A stretch of 64,000 nucleotides of DNA. Origin: a virus. A program made the position numbers and the translations under genes. Location: the IMG/VR virus record IMGVR_UViG_3300017989_005036, positions 1 to 64,000 of that record. One strand, 5' to 3'. Of the stretch, positions 7,651 to 15,698 are shown piece by piece; within the stretch, counting starts at the first letter, position 1, and each line of letters begins with the position of its first letter. The notes under the pieces were generated by a model that ran no database searches, was not told the origin of the DNA, and worked only from the letters and a program-made list of their open reading frames with translations.

Positions 7651-7757
7651 GAACCATGTTGAACTCAGGGTTAGATACCTTGGTTCAAATCGATCATTAC
7701 ATCACGAATAAGTAATGGTTGATTTACAGCTCTTCGTGAGAGACTGATTTATGGTTC
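7651..7757 (+). ncRNA. candidate four-way-junction structured RNA
   Basis: closing stem GAACCATG/TATGGTTC enclosing three hairpins. Confidence 0.5.
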
Positions 7758-7794
7758 TTTAAATCATCCTCATTTATAATGAAAAATAAAATTT

Positions 7795-8022
7795 ATGAAT
7801 CAAAAAACAAAAGCTATTGCTGAAGAATTAAATGAAGCATTTAAGAATGCCAATTTAACTAAAAATCAAACTACTATTGTCGGCATGGCCGATAATAGTA
7901 TTATTGTTTATGTTGAAAGAGGCGACAAATACACTGTTGAGCAAATCATCCAAAAGAACACTTCTTGGAATGAAGCAAAAATAGAGATCAAGGTTTTAGA
8001 TGGCAAAATTAAACCTCTTTAA
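7795..8022 (+). CDS. hypothetical protein
   Basis: ORF track. Confidence 0.6.
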   Translation: MNQKTKAIAEELNEAFKNANLTKNQTTIVGMADNSIIVYVERGDKYTVEQIIQKNTSWNEAKIEIKVLDGKIKPL

Positions 8023-8152
8023 AGAAAGCATCAGGAAATATTTTGAACCGCTGACGAAATGATGGTTCTGGACATATGTCTTTCCTGCGATTGTAATTGT
8101 CTCGATGGTCTTAGTATACATCGAGGTATACAATCCCGAATTGATAAAATAA

Positions 8153-8225
8153 GGCCCGGTACGCAAACGGCAAAGCGGTCTGATTTAGGTTCAGATGTCT
8201 GTCGGTTCGAATCCGACTCGGGCTA
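8153..8225 (+). tRNA. tRNA-Leu(UAG), short variable region
   Basis: TCTGA-TTTAGGT-TCAGA; acceptor GGCCCGG/TCGGGCT. Confidence 0.85.
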
Positions 8226-8254
8226 TTTTTAGGAGCAATAGACTACTATATTAC

Positions 8255-8593
8255 ATGAAGAAAATCTTCGTTTCAATATTCATGTTTTTAGCTTTAATGA
8301 TTGCCAGTTACTCGGCTTTTGGCCCTTGGGATACATATCGGAGTTATGGCGAAGGAGATGGTCTTTCTCAAACCGTGCACGTTGGCAATGTTCCAGTTTG
8401 GTTTGGGGAAATGATGGGTTGGGAAACCCAATTAGAAAGCGATAATAAATATCTCGCACATCTGAATACCAAAATTAAATTTTATGAGCAGGAAATAAGA
8501 AAAGGAAATTCGCAAAGATTTTCTGTTGCTTTAAGAGATGCCAGAGAAGAGAAAAAATCGATAATTCGCAGATTACGGCGAAATAACAACTAA
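8255..8593 (+). CDS. secreted or membrane hypothetical protein
   Basis: N-terminal signal-like MKKIFVSIFMFLALMIA. Confidence 0.6.
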   Translation: MKKIFVSIFMFLALMIASYSAFGPWDTYRSYGEGDGLSQTVHVGNVPVWFGEMMGWETQLESDNKYLAHLNTKIKFYEQEIRKGNSQRFSVALRDAREEKKSIIRRLRRNNN

Positions 8594-8723
8594 ATCTCAT
8601 GAAAAACAGGGAAAGATTTCAAGGAAGGAATTATGATTTTGTTGGCTAAAATCGCTGTAGGCGTTTCTCTCGTATCTTTGTATATTGTTGCATTGTACAA
8701 AGATTGGGGGGTTAAACCTAAAC

Positions 8724-9368
8724 ATGACGACGACACAGAAAATTCTTGACGATTACTACGCAGGTCTCAAAAAGAGAGCCTCTGCTCGTTCCAAGCTTAT
8801 TGAAATCATCAAAAAAGATGCTTTAGAGTTTGGAGATTTCACTTTAAAATCGGGCGAAAAAACCAATTTCTATCTCGATTTAAGACGAGTTGCTTTGGAA
8901 TCAACAGGGCTTGATCTCATTGTCCAAACAATGCATGAAATCATGCATGTTGCAGAAGTTGGCCGAAGATTTGACGAACCTTTTGATGCCATCGGTGGTC
9001 CTTCTATTGGGGCAGATCCGATTGTCAGTGCGTTTTTGTACAATCAAGGTCGTGTAAAGCACCCTGTTCGTGGTTTCCTGATTCGAAAAGAATCCAAAGA
9101 ACATGGTCGTGGTGGCCCAATTGTTGGATCTGTTAAACCGGGCGACAAAGTCATTGTGGTTGATGATGTAGTGACAAGTGGAGGTAGTTTGTTACGAGCA
9201 TGTGAAATCATTACTGAATTTGGATGTGAAGTAACAAAAGTCGTCGCAATTGTTGATCGCTTAGCTGGAGCAAAACACAGATTTACTGATAAAAACTTGG
9301 ACTTTGTGTCGATACTTACCATTGACGACATTGCAACCAAGACATATCAAGCACAAAACTTACAATAA
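8724..9368 (+). CDS. pyrE: orotate phosphoribosyltransferase
   Basis: FGDFTLKSG, YLDLR, RKESKEHG, PRPP motif VVDDVVTSGGS. Confidence 0.95.
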   Translation: MTTTQKILDDYYAGLKKRASARSKLIEIIKKDALEFGDFTLKSGEKTNFYLDLRRVALESTGLDLIVQTMHEIMHVAEVGRRFDEPFDAIGGPSIGADPIVSAFLYNQGRVKHPVRGFLIRKESKEHGRGGPIVGSVKPGDKVIVVDDVVTSGGSLLRACEIITEFGCEVTKVVAIVDRLAGAKHRFTDKNLDFVSILTIDDIATKTYQAQNLQ

Positions 9369-9399
9369 CAACTTTACATCATAGAATTTAAACCGTAGA

Positions 9400-9708
9400 A
9401 TGAATTGGGAGAAACATAGAAATGACCTCCAAAATGGCGAAACAGTTCAATTTCGCCCACGAGGCAATAGTATGTCGCCAAAAATTGAATCTGGTGACCT
9501 TGTAACAGTTGAACCTATAGGGTTTGAGCCATTAGAGAAAGGTGACATTGTCTTCTGTCGAGTTAAAGGAAACTATTACGTTCACTTAATTCAAGCTGTT
9601 CAACAAAAGATGGGTGGTTACCGATATCAAATCGGAAACAACAGAAACAGAACAAATGGGACAATCGGCATTGATAACATTTTTGGTTTGGTAACCGAAG
9701 TGGAGTAA
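9400..9708 (+). CDS. S24/S26 peptidase-family protein
   Basis: GNSMSP..GDLV..GDIVF..VH. Confidence 0.8.
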   Translation: MNWEKHRNDLQNGETVQFRPRGNSMSPKIESGDLVTVEPIGFEPLEKGDIVFCRVKGNYYVHLIQAVQQKMGGYRYQIGNNRNRTNGTIGIDNIFGLVTEVE

Positions 9709-9711
9709 ACC

Positions 9712-10512
9712 ATGCGTAAAGACATGAAAAAAGTAATTGTCACACCCGGACGTGTTGGTGGTGGTGGAAAATATCCTCGTCATCGTTACAGGTTCGAATT
9801 GGATGATGAAGATTACGAAATCATTCGTGAACGTGGAACTCCCAAAGGTCGTGGCATGAGGAAGCCACACGAACAGGGTTGGGATACTACCAAAGAACAA
9901 ACAGATCATCTTGGGCCTATCATCGGACTTCTCAAAAAGAATGTGGGCCGAAAATGGAACGATGTCTGGTCAGAAATTTGTGAATTCGCCGACACTCGTG
10001 ATTTGATGGGCGATCACCTTCGCCGACACGTTATGTGGTTTGTTGAAACTGCCACAGAAATCAATGACAAAGGCGAAGTTGTCAGCAAACCTCATGGTAG
10101 TCGTTTTTATTGGAGGAACGAATTCTACGTTCATCCTGAAACTGGCGTACTTTGCGAAGGCAAAAAGAAGATTCGAAAATATCAACGACCACAACGTGTT
10201 TTGATTGAAGTAGAAAATCAGCAGTACGTCCAACATGATGGATTGTGGTATCGTGTGAAAATGAAACCTGTTCCTGTTGTTGGCAAAAATGCTTGGGGCA
10301 ATCCTGAATACGATAATTCTGTTCGGGATGTTTTCGTTGGCAGCCAAATTGCACACAGTGTCTACAGCAACTATAATTACAACATTTATTGTCGTTATGG
10401 CAATGGCCCGGATGGCAACCTGCAATATTGCTGTCACAAAGAATCTGCAAACAGTAAAGAGATCAAAAAGATCAATGAACATCTCGCAAAGAAGTCCAAA
10501 AAGAGTGCTTGA
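9712..10512 (+). CDS. conserved basic hypothetical protein
   Basis: MRKDMKKVIV..VGRKWNDVWSEIC..FYVHPETGVL resembles a widespread uncharacterised family. Confidence 0.8.
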   Translation: MRKDMKKVIVTPGRVGGGGKYPRHRYRFELDDEDYEIIRERGTPKGRGMRKPHEQGWDTTKEQTDHLGPIIGLLKKNVGRKWNDVWSEICEFADTRDLMGDHLRRHVMWFVETATEINDKGEVVSKPHGSRFYWRNEFYVHPETGVLCEGKKKIRKYQRPQRVLIEVENQQYVQHDGLWYRVKMKPVPVVGKNAWGNPEYDNSVRDVFVGSQIAHSVYSNYNYNIYCRYGNGPDGNLQYCCHKESANSKEIKKINEHLAKKSKKSA

Positions 10513-10759
10513 AGACTTAGCTGTTCAAGCACAATGCGAATTCGGTTTATCGTATGATCAATTTCATCATGCACAAAGCACCGGCAAACCTGTGCCGGAA
10601 TATTGTTTACCCGGACGCATGTTGATGAAGCAATCACCAGAAGTTCGAGAAAAGCTGAAATCACTCACTTCTGATGACATTGCCAACTCTATTCCTTTTG
10701 ATGTGTTTATGACTGAAAGATCGAAAAGACAGAGAAAGAGATTTGTCTCCCTGTCTTGA
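10505..10759 (+). CDS. hypothetical protein
   Basis: GTG start overlapping the upstream gene end. Confidence 0.5.
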   Translation: MLEDLAVQAQCEFGLSYDQFHHAQSTGKPVPEYCLPGRMLMKQSPEVREKLKSLTSDDIANSIPFDVFMTERSKRQRKRFVSLS

Positions 10760-10873
10760 CCCACTTTACTGGCTGAATTAAAATGAAGCTTCAACTTCCG
10801 AAAAGTTGGTACGAGTCCAAAATGGAACTCGATGAATTTGATTGCACGGCAGGATTGCGAAAGGATGCTCAAA

Positions 10874-11335
10874 ATGCCAAAGACGGTTTACACGAAAGCC
10901 CCAGAAGTTCAGGAGATAGCCGAGAGGTACATCGAGAAATACCACAGTCATTTGATTGATATGGATGTACGTGTTGATTATGTCTTTGTTTCAAAGACGC
11001 CAAAACGTAATGGTAAAGATGTTTGGGGTACATGCAAAAAGGTAGCAAACCTAAACGCTCTTCTGGCTGGTCAGGAAACACCTTTCTTTGTTATTACAAT
11101 CGCTGAACCGATTTGGGGACAGCTTCCACAGAACGGCAAAGAAGCATTAGTGGACCATTTACTTTGCCACGCAGAATCAAAATACAATCAAAAAGAAGAC
11201 GAAGACCCAGAAGATGATGTGATCAAACTTTCAATTCGACCTTATGATGTCGAAGAGTTTGCTCAAATTATTCGAAGACATGGGTTGTGGCGAGACGACG
11301 TAAAAGACTTTGTGAAGTCAGTCCCAGCAGACTAA
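10874..11335 (+). CDS. putative phage metallopeptidase-like protein
   Basis: ALVDHLLCH..PYDVEEF..RHGLW; the HExxH Glu is replaced by Leu. Confidence 0.75.
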   Translation: MPKTVYTKAPEVQEIAERYIEKYHSHLIDMDVRVDYVFVSKTPKRNGKDVWGTCKKVANLNALLAGQETPFFVITIAEPIWGQLPQNGKEALVDHLLCHAESKYNQKEDEDPEDDVIKLSIRPYDVEEFAQIIRRHGLWRDDVKDFVKSVPAD

Positions 11336-11336
11336 C

Positions 11337-11369
11337 AAAAAAGAGATGGCCAAAAGCCATCTCTTTTTT
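11337..11369. terminator. bidirectional intrinsic terminator
   Basis: AAAAAAGAGATGGC-CAAAA-GCCATCTCTTTTTT between convergent genes. Confidence 0.85.
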
Positions 11370-11373
11370 CATG

Positions 11374-11562
11374 TTACAACAGCACAAAAAGAATCACTAA
11401 GCCGATAATCATCAAAGCTGCTCCGGGGAACATCCAGCACAAAATCAAAGTGCTACCGAGAACGACAAAGTTTTTATTTTCTTCTGCCTGTTTTTTCAGA
11501 TAGAAGTATCGTCCAAGAAACATAACTCCAAGAACGAGAAATAAGGTTGCGAGTAAAGACAT
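11374..11562 (-). CDS. small two-TM membrane protein
   Basis: AGGAGG RBS; two hydrophobic segments. Confidence 0.65.
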   Translation of the reverse strand: MSLLATLFLVLGVMFLGRYFYLKKQAEENKNFVVLGSTLILCWMFPGAALMIIGLVILFVLL

Positions 11563-11605
11563 ATAAACCTCCTTGGTTTTAATTATCTATTGATTGATAG
11601 TCCTT

Positions 11606-11926
11606 TCACATATGTTGTTGATAAGGATAGCCGAACTTCTTGTAACGTTCTTCTCGCTCTTTGCGAAGTTTTTCTATTTTTCTTTTATCAATCTCTTCCT
11701 GAGAAAGTGGCTTTGGGATAATCGGTTTTTCTTTTTGGCAATCAGGTTTCTCTTCATGCTTTTGGAAAAAACGTTGATCCATTTCTTGATAGCGTTCGTT
11801 ATATCTTTGGTAGTCGTTGTACATTTTCATGTGTGGAACAACAAATTGGCAATACGCCAAGAAGCCGCTGAATAAAATGAGCCAACCAATCAAAGATACA
11901 ACAACAAAGATTGTAATCTTGTTCAA
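11606..11926 (-). CDS. membrane-anchored hypothetical protein
   Basis: TTG start after AGGAGG; N-terminal TM segment. Confidence 0.6.
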   Translation of the reverse strand: MNKITIFVVVSLIGWLILFSGFLAYCQFVVPHMKMYNDYQRYNERYQEMDQRFFQKHEEKPDCQKEKPIIPKPLSQEEIDKRKIEKLRKEREERYKKFGYPYQQHM

Positions 11927-11943
11927 AAAATCCTCCTTGAGTT

Positions 11944-12072
11944 TCAGATGAGGCAGATGCCAAAAAATGTGCACATGATAATTCTGACAATCCACCAAAT
12001 GGCAACACCTAAAATTCCGAAGCCAAGAATCCAATTTTTGAATTTCAGCAATGTATCGATTATTTTTTGCAT
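11944..12072 (-). CDS. small membrane protein
   Basis: MQKIIDTLLKF with a hydrophobic C-terminus. Confidence 0.5.
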   Translation of the reverse strand: MQKIIDTLLKFKNWILGFGILGVAIWWIVRIIMCTFFGICLI

Positions 12073-12074
12073 TT

Positions 12075-12236
12075 TCAGTCCTTTGAAAGGATCACATACA
12101 GAGCGTGGATCAATCCCGGAAAATACCCGAAAATGGTCAGCAATATATTGATCCAAAAATGTACACCCAAACCGACTTGCAAAAGCACGCCGAGGGGTGG
12201 TATAAAGATGGAAAGGATGATTCTCAAAACATCCAT
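12075..12236 (-). CDS. YqaE/Pmp3 family membrane protein (absent from the ORF track)
   Basis: MDVLRIILSIFIPPLGVLLQVGLGVHFWINILLTIFGYFPGLIHALYVILSKD; GGAGG RBS. Confidence 0.92.
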   Translation of the reverse strand: MDVLRIILSIFIPPLGVLLQVGLGVHFWINILLTIFGYFPGLIHALYVILSKD

Positions 12237-12287
12237 TTTTGGTCCTCCCAGTAAATCAATGTATATATTATTGATAGGAGCATTACA

Positions 12288-12503
12288 GTGCGTTATATCC
12301 TGATTCGATATTTTGCTTTTGCTTATCTTGCTATGGGCATTTTCATTGGTGCCATGTGGGGTAATTTTGCAGAGAAAAATAAAACATTTTGGTTCATTGC
12401 TTGGTTGTTTAGCCCAATTTCTATCATCATTGTTTTTCTGTATTCCGCTGGATACACCCTTGCTACGCTGTTAGGTCTGACAAAAGAAGATTCAGATCCC
12501 TAA
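12288..12503 (+). CDS. small membrane protein
   Basis: AGGAG RBS; hydrophobic. Confidence 0.55.
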   Translation: MRYILIRYFAFAYLAMGIFIGAMWGNFAEKNKTFWFIAWLFSPISIIIVFLYSAGYTLATLLGLTKEDSDP

Positions 12504-12510
12504 ATAATGC

Positions 12511-13233
12511 ATGCTCAAATCGTTGAATAAATGGATTAACGAAAACAATCTTCGAGGTGAATACTGGATTGATGAAGGTGGTGGCACCTATTACGCCGAT
12601 GGTGATGTTGGTGATTACAACCATGAAGCTCACGTAATCAACATTGTTTCACAAAGCGTTGCTGAACAACTTGAAGATTACGATGGAACTTATGACGAGG
12701 TTGACCTTGATCACCTTCTCAATTTTATCGATGAAAATGAACTGGAAGATCAAATAGACCCAAATGAACTGGAAGTTTTATACGGTTCAGTTGATGCTCG
12801 TGAATATGCCATGAAGCATTGGGGCTGGAAAAGAGTTGTCAACCATGATGTTGAAACATGGAATGCCTCACCAGCAGATTTAAAAACAATAGGGTCTGGT
12901 TTAGGTGACATTATGTCTCAAGAAGGCATATTTGATGCACCTGAAAATGTCATAAATCAAATGGAATTTTATGTGTATTCCTACGCTACCGGGCAATCAA
13001 AAACATACACATTGTCTCAACTCGAAAACGGAGGCATGTCCCCGGATATGCCGACTATGCAATTACCTTCCCAAACAGCCATTGCAATGAAAAATCAGGG
13101 GCAAACCAATATTGCCCGCAACCAATTGAAAGACATAGATCTGCAAGGCATGCACCCATATTATCAGGGAAAAACTTTTCCATTTGGTGATCACGTCATT
13201 GGTTTCAAACATTTTATGCAGATGTTCGACTAA
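12511..13233 (+). CDS. hypothetical protein, possibly late or virion-associated
   Basis: 240-aa ORF; TAAATA directly upstream. Confidence 0.75.
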   Translation: MLKSLNKWINENNLRGEYWIDEGGGTYYADGDVGDYNHEAHVINIVSQSVAEQLEDYDGTYDEVDLDHLLNFIDENELEDQIDPNELEVLYGSVDAREYAMKHWGWKRVVNHDVETWNASPADLKTIGSGLGDIMSQEGIFDAPENVINQMEFYVYSYATGQSKTYTLSQLENGGMSPDMPTMQLPSQTAIAMKNQGQTNIARNQLKDIDLQGMHPYYQGKTFPFGDHVIGFKHFMQMFD

Positions 13234-13288
13234 TATAATGTCGCAACTCAATAACTAATAACAAGGTAACAGTTATTGGGGGAAAGAT

Positions 13289-13594
13289 ATGGCTTGGTGG
13301 AAATTCTGGAAGAGATTCCAGCATAAAGACACATTGCTTCCACACGAGCGTCTTCCTAGAAGGAGAAAAATGGACGCAGATGTAATTAGAACACGATTAG
13401 CTAACTTAGGATGGAACGTCAAGGAACTTCCTATTCGAGAAAAATTCGCTGGCAGTGGAGCACACAAAGTGATTATGTGGAAGCTTGTTGCAATTAAAGG
13501 TGACAGATCATTTGAAGTTGCAGGAAAAACTCTTCCTGAAGCTATGACAAATTTAGGACGCTCCCTTGGGGTAGTCCCACAAAATGCAAATTGA
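13289..13594 (+). CDS. hypothetical protein
   Basis: ORF track. Confidence 0.65.
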   Translation: MAWWKFWKRFQHKDTLLPHERLPRRRKMDADVIRTRLANLGWNVKELPIREKFAGSGAHKVIMWKLVAIKGDRSFEVAGKTLPEAMTNLGRSLGVVPQNAN

Positions 13595-13628
13595 TTCCAT
13601 AAATACTTCCACACAAAGGAGGTGTATA

Positions 13629-13796
13629 ATGGAAAAGAAAGAATTCATTTTTGGTTGGGGTGATCGCAAATTCACAGAAGATGAAATCAAGGTTTTACTT
13701 GATAAAATTGCGGCCTTCAATTGTGGGGCCATCGACCAATATTTGACAAATCACATACATCGTGCATTTGAAGAATGGAAACAAGAAATGGAATAA
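13629..13796 (+). CDS. small hypothetical protein
   Basis: AGGAGG RBS. Confidence 0.6.
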   Translation: MEKKEFIFGWGDRKFTEDEIKVLLDKIAAFNCGAIDQYLTNHIHRAFEEWKQEME

Positions 13797-13829
13797 TACT
13801 CTTTACATTCATGTTTAATTTGAATATAT

Positions 13830-14008
13830 AGAGTTAGCCGAGTGTTGATGAACATTTCGTATAAATGAAGCCCCATAAAGGCCAGAGTTCAACTCTGTTA
13901 ACCACGGGGGAGGCGGCAGGAGAGATGTTTCTTAGCGCTGTAAAACGGTTCAATAAAACTGCCGTCTATGAAGCCCTGTGAGATAATTCCTCACAGGGCT
14001 TCTCCTTT
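13830..14008 (+). ncRNA. candidate ncRNA or cis-regulatory RNA ending in a terminator hairpin
   Basis: TTTACA-17-TATATA promoter-like site; stem AGGCGGCAG/CTGCCGTCT; hairpin GAAGCCCTGTGAG/CTCACAGGGCTTC. Confidence 0.45.
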
Positions 14009-14013
14009 ATACC

Positions 14014-15441
14014 ATGAACATCTGGGGCATTACAGCTACAACTCACGACGCATCTTTATCTGTCATCGAAGATGGTGAGATTCTTTTCGCAGCACACTCT
14101 GAGAGATACTCCAAAAAGAAGTTCGACCCAGAGCTGAATTTCGACATCATCATTGATGCGATGCAATATGGTAAACCCGACGTTGTTTGTTTCTATGAAA
14201 ATACATGGAAAAAGAAGTGGAGACAAATTCGATGCGGAAATTTCTCTTACGCTTTCAATCGACAGAAGCTTCCTCGAAACTACCTGAAGCAATTCGGTAT
14301 CAAAGCTCCCATAAAATACACAGATCACCACTTGTCGCACGCAGCAGCAGGTTACTACACATCGTCATTCGATGATTGCGTTGCCGTCGTAATCGATTCT
14401 GTTGGTGAGTTCCAAACAATGTCGATCTGGGATGTCAAAGATGGCCAGTTCTCCCTGAAACATGAAATGAACTTCCCTCACTCAATTGGCCTTCTGTATT
14501 CAGCGTTCACCAAGAGGTGCGGTCTCAAACCCAACAGCGAAGAATATATTCTCATGGGAATGGCTGCTTATGGACAACCAATGCATGTTGATGACATTGC
14601 CAATGATTTTCTTTGTGATTGGATGCCAAACAAAGATATTCATTGTGGAATTGGAGACTGGAAGCCCGAGGCCAAGAAAGAAGATTTGGCAGCAAGTATT
14701 CAGATCGTCTGCCAAAAACAAATTGAACAGGCGATGAACCTCGCCAGACGGTATTCCAAGAACTTGGTTTACATGGGCGGTGTGGCACTGAACTGTTTGG
14801 CGAATTCCACCATTGAGGACTTCGACAATATTTGGATTATGCCGAATCCCGGTGATGCAGGATCATCTTTGGGTGCAGCAGCTTATCACTACGGACAAAA
14901 GTTAAACTGGAAAGGGCCTTATCTGGGAACAGACATTCCGGGCAATTACAGTTGCGAAGAAGCCTGCGACAGACTTTTGAAAGGTGAAATCATAGGTGTT
15001 GCAAACGGCAGGGCAGAGTTTGGCCCTAGAGCTTTTGGAAACAGGTCATTGTTGGCTGATCCGAGATCACATGACATGAAAGATCAAGTCAATGTGATCA
15101 AGAGGAGACAAAAGTTCCGTCCGTTTGCTCCATCGGTGTTGGCTGAACATGCTGAGGATTGGTTTGAGATCAATCATCCTTCTCGATACATGCAGTTTGT
15201 ATCGAAGTGCAAGAGATCAGATGATGTCCCTGCGATTTGCCATGTTGATGGAACTTCTCGGGTTCAAACTGTGTCTCGAAATGACAACGCCAAATACCAC
15301 GAACTTTTGAGTTTATTTTTTGAGAAGACGGGTTGCCCAATGTTGCTGAACACGAGCCTGAACATTCGAGGGATGCCATTGGTCAACGATGAAAGAGATG
15401 CAAGGATGTTCTCTGAAAGATACAATGTTGTTGTGTTTTGA
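14014..15441 (+). CDS. carbamoyltransferase, NodU/CmcH family
   Basis: HDAS, ERYSK, HHLSHAA, GGVALNC, EFGPRAFGNRS, FRPFAPS, LLNTSLN. Confidence 0.95.
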   Translation: MNIWGITATTHDASLSVIEDGEILFAAHSERYSKKKFDPELNFDIIIDAMQYGKPDVVCFYENTWKKKWRQIRCGNFSYAFNRQKLPRNYLKQFGIKAPIKYTDHHLSHAAAGYYTSSFDDCVAVVIDSVGEFQTMSIWDVKDGQFSLKHEMNFPHSIGLLYSAFTKRCGLKPNSEEYILMGMAAYGQPMHVDDIANDFLCDWMPNKDIHCGIGDWKPEAKKEDLAASIQIVCQKQIEQAMNLARRYSKNLVYMGGVALNCLANSTIEDFDNIWIMPNPGDAGSSLGAAAYHYGQKLNWKGPYLGTDIPGNYSCEEACDRLLKGEIIGVANGRAEFGPRAFGNRSLLADPRSHDMKDQVNVIKRRQKFRPFAPSVLAEHAEDWFEINHPSRYMQFVSKCKRSDDVPAICHVDGTSRVQTVSRNDNAKYHELLSLFFEKTGCPMLLNTSLNIRGMPLVNDERDARMFSERYNVVVF

Positions 15442-15464
15442 TTCGATTTTGATACAATGAAATG

Positions 15465-15698
15465 AATCCCCCATGTCATCGCAGCACTCCCAGAGGGTGT
15501 TGAGGAAGGTCAGGGCATCATTGCTTAAAGTGGGAGAGTTCGCTCGTCAATACCACTGAGGATGCAATCCCAAGCAGGCTGAGCAGGTGAGCAATGCTAT
15601 GAAAGCCGGGTGAGGAGCAGCGGCAAACCCGCAAGGGACCGCCAGTGAAAGCTGAGATAAATGATGGCACACGACAGAACCCTGCCTATCGGGGGATT
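15465..15698 (+). ncRNA. rnpB: RNase P RNA, minimal (reduced specificity domain)
   Basis: CR-I GAGGAAGGTCAGGGC and CR-V ACAGAACCCTGCCTA with compensatory P4; P1 AATCCCCC/GGGGGATT; P2 TGTCATC/GATGGCA. Confidence 0.9.

Noticed and set aside
2662-8225. Suppressor or selenocysteine tRNAs (loops containing TCA, TAA, TAG or TGA)
   Set aside because: With 7-nt loops the anticodons are CAG, UAA, UAG (Leu) and UGA (Ser), not UCA, UUA or CUA.
13845-13890. Hammerhead ribozyme (TGATGA followed by a stem)
   Set aside because: It lacks the C of CUGAUGA and the GAAA core.
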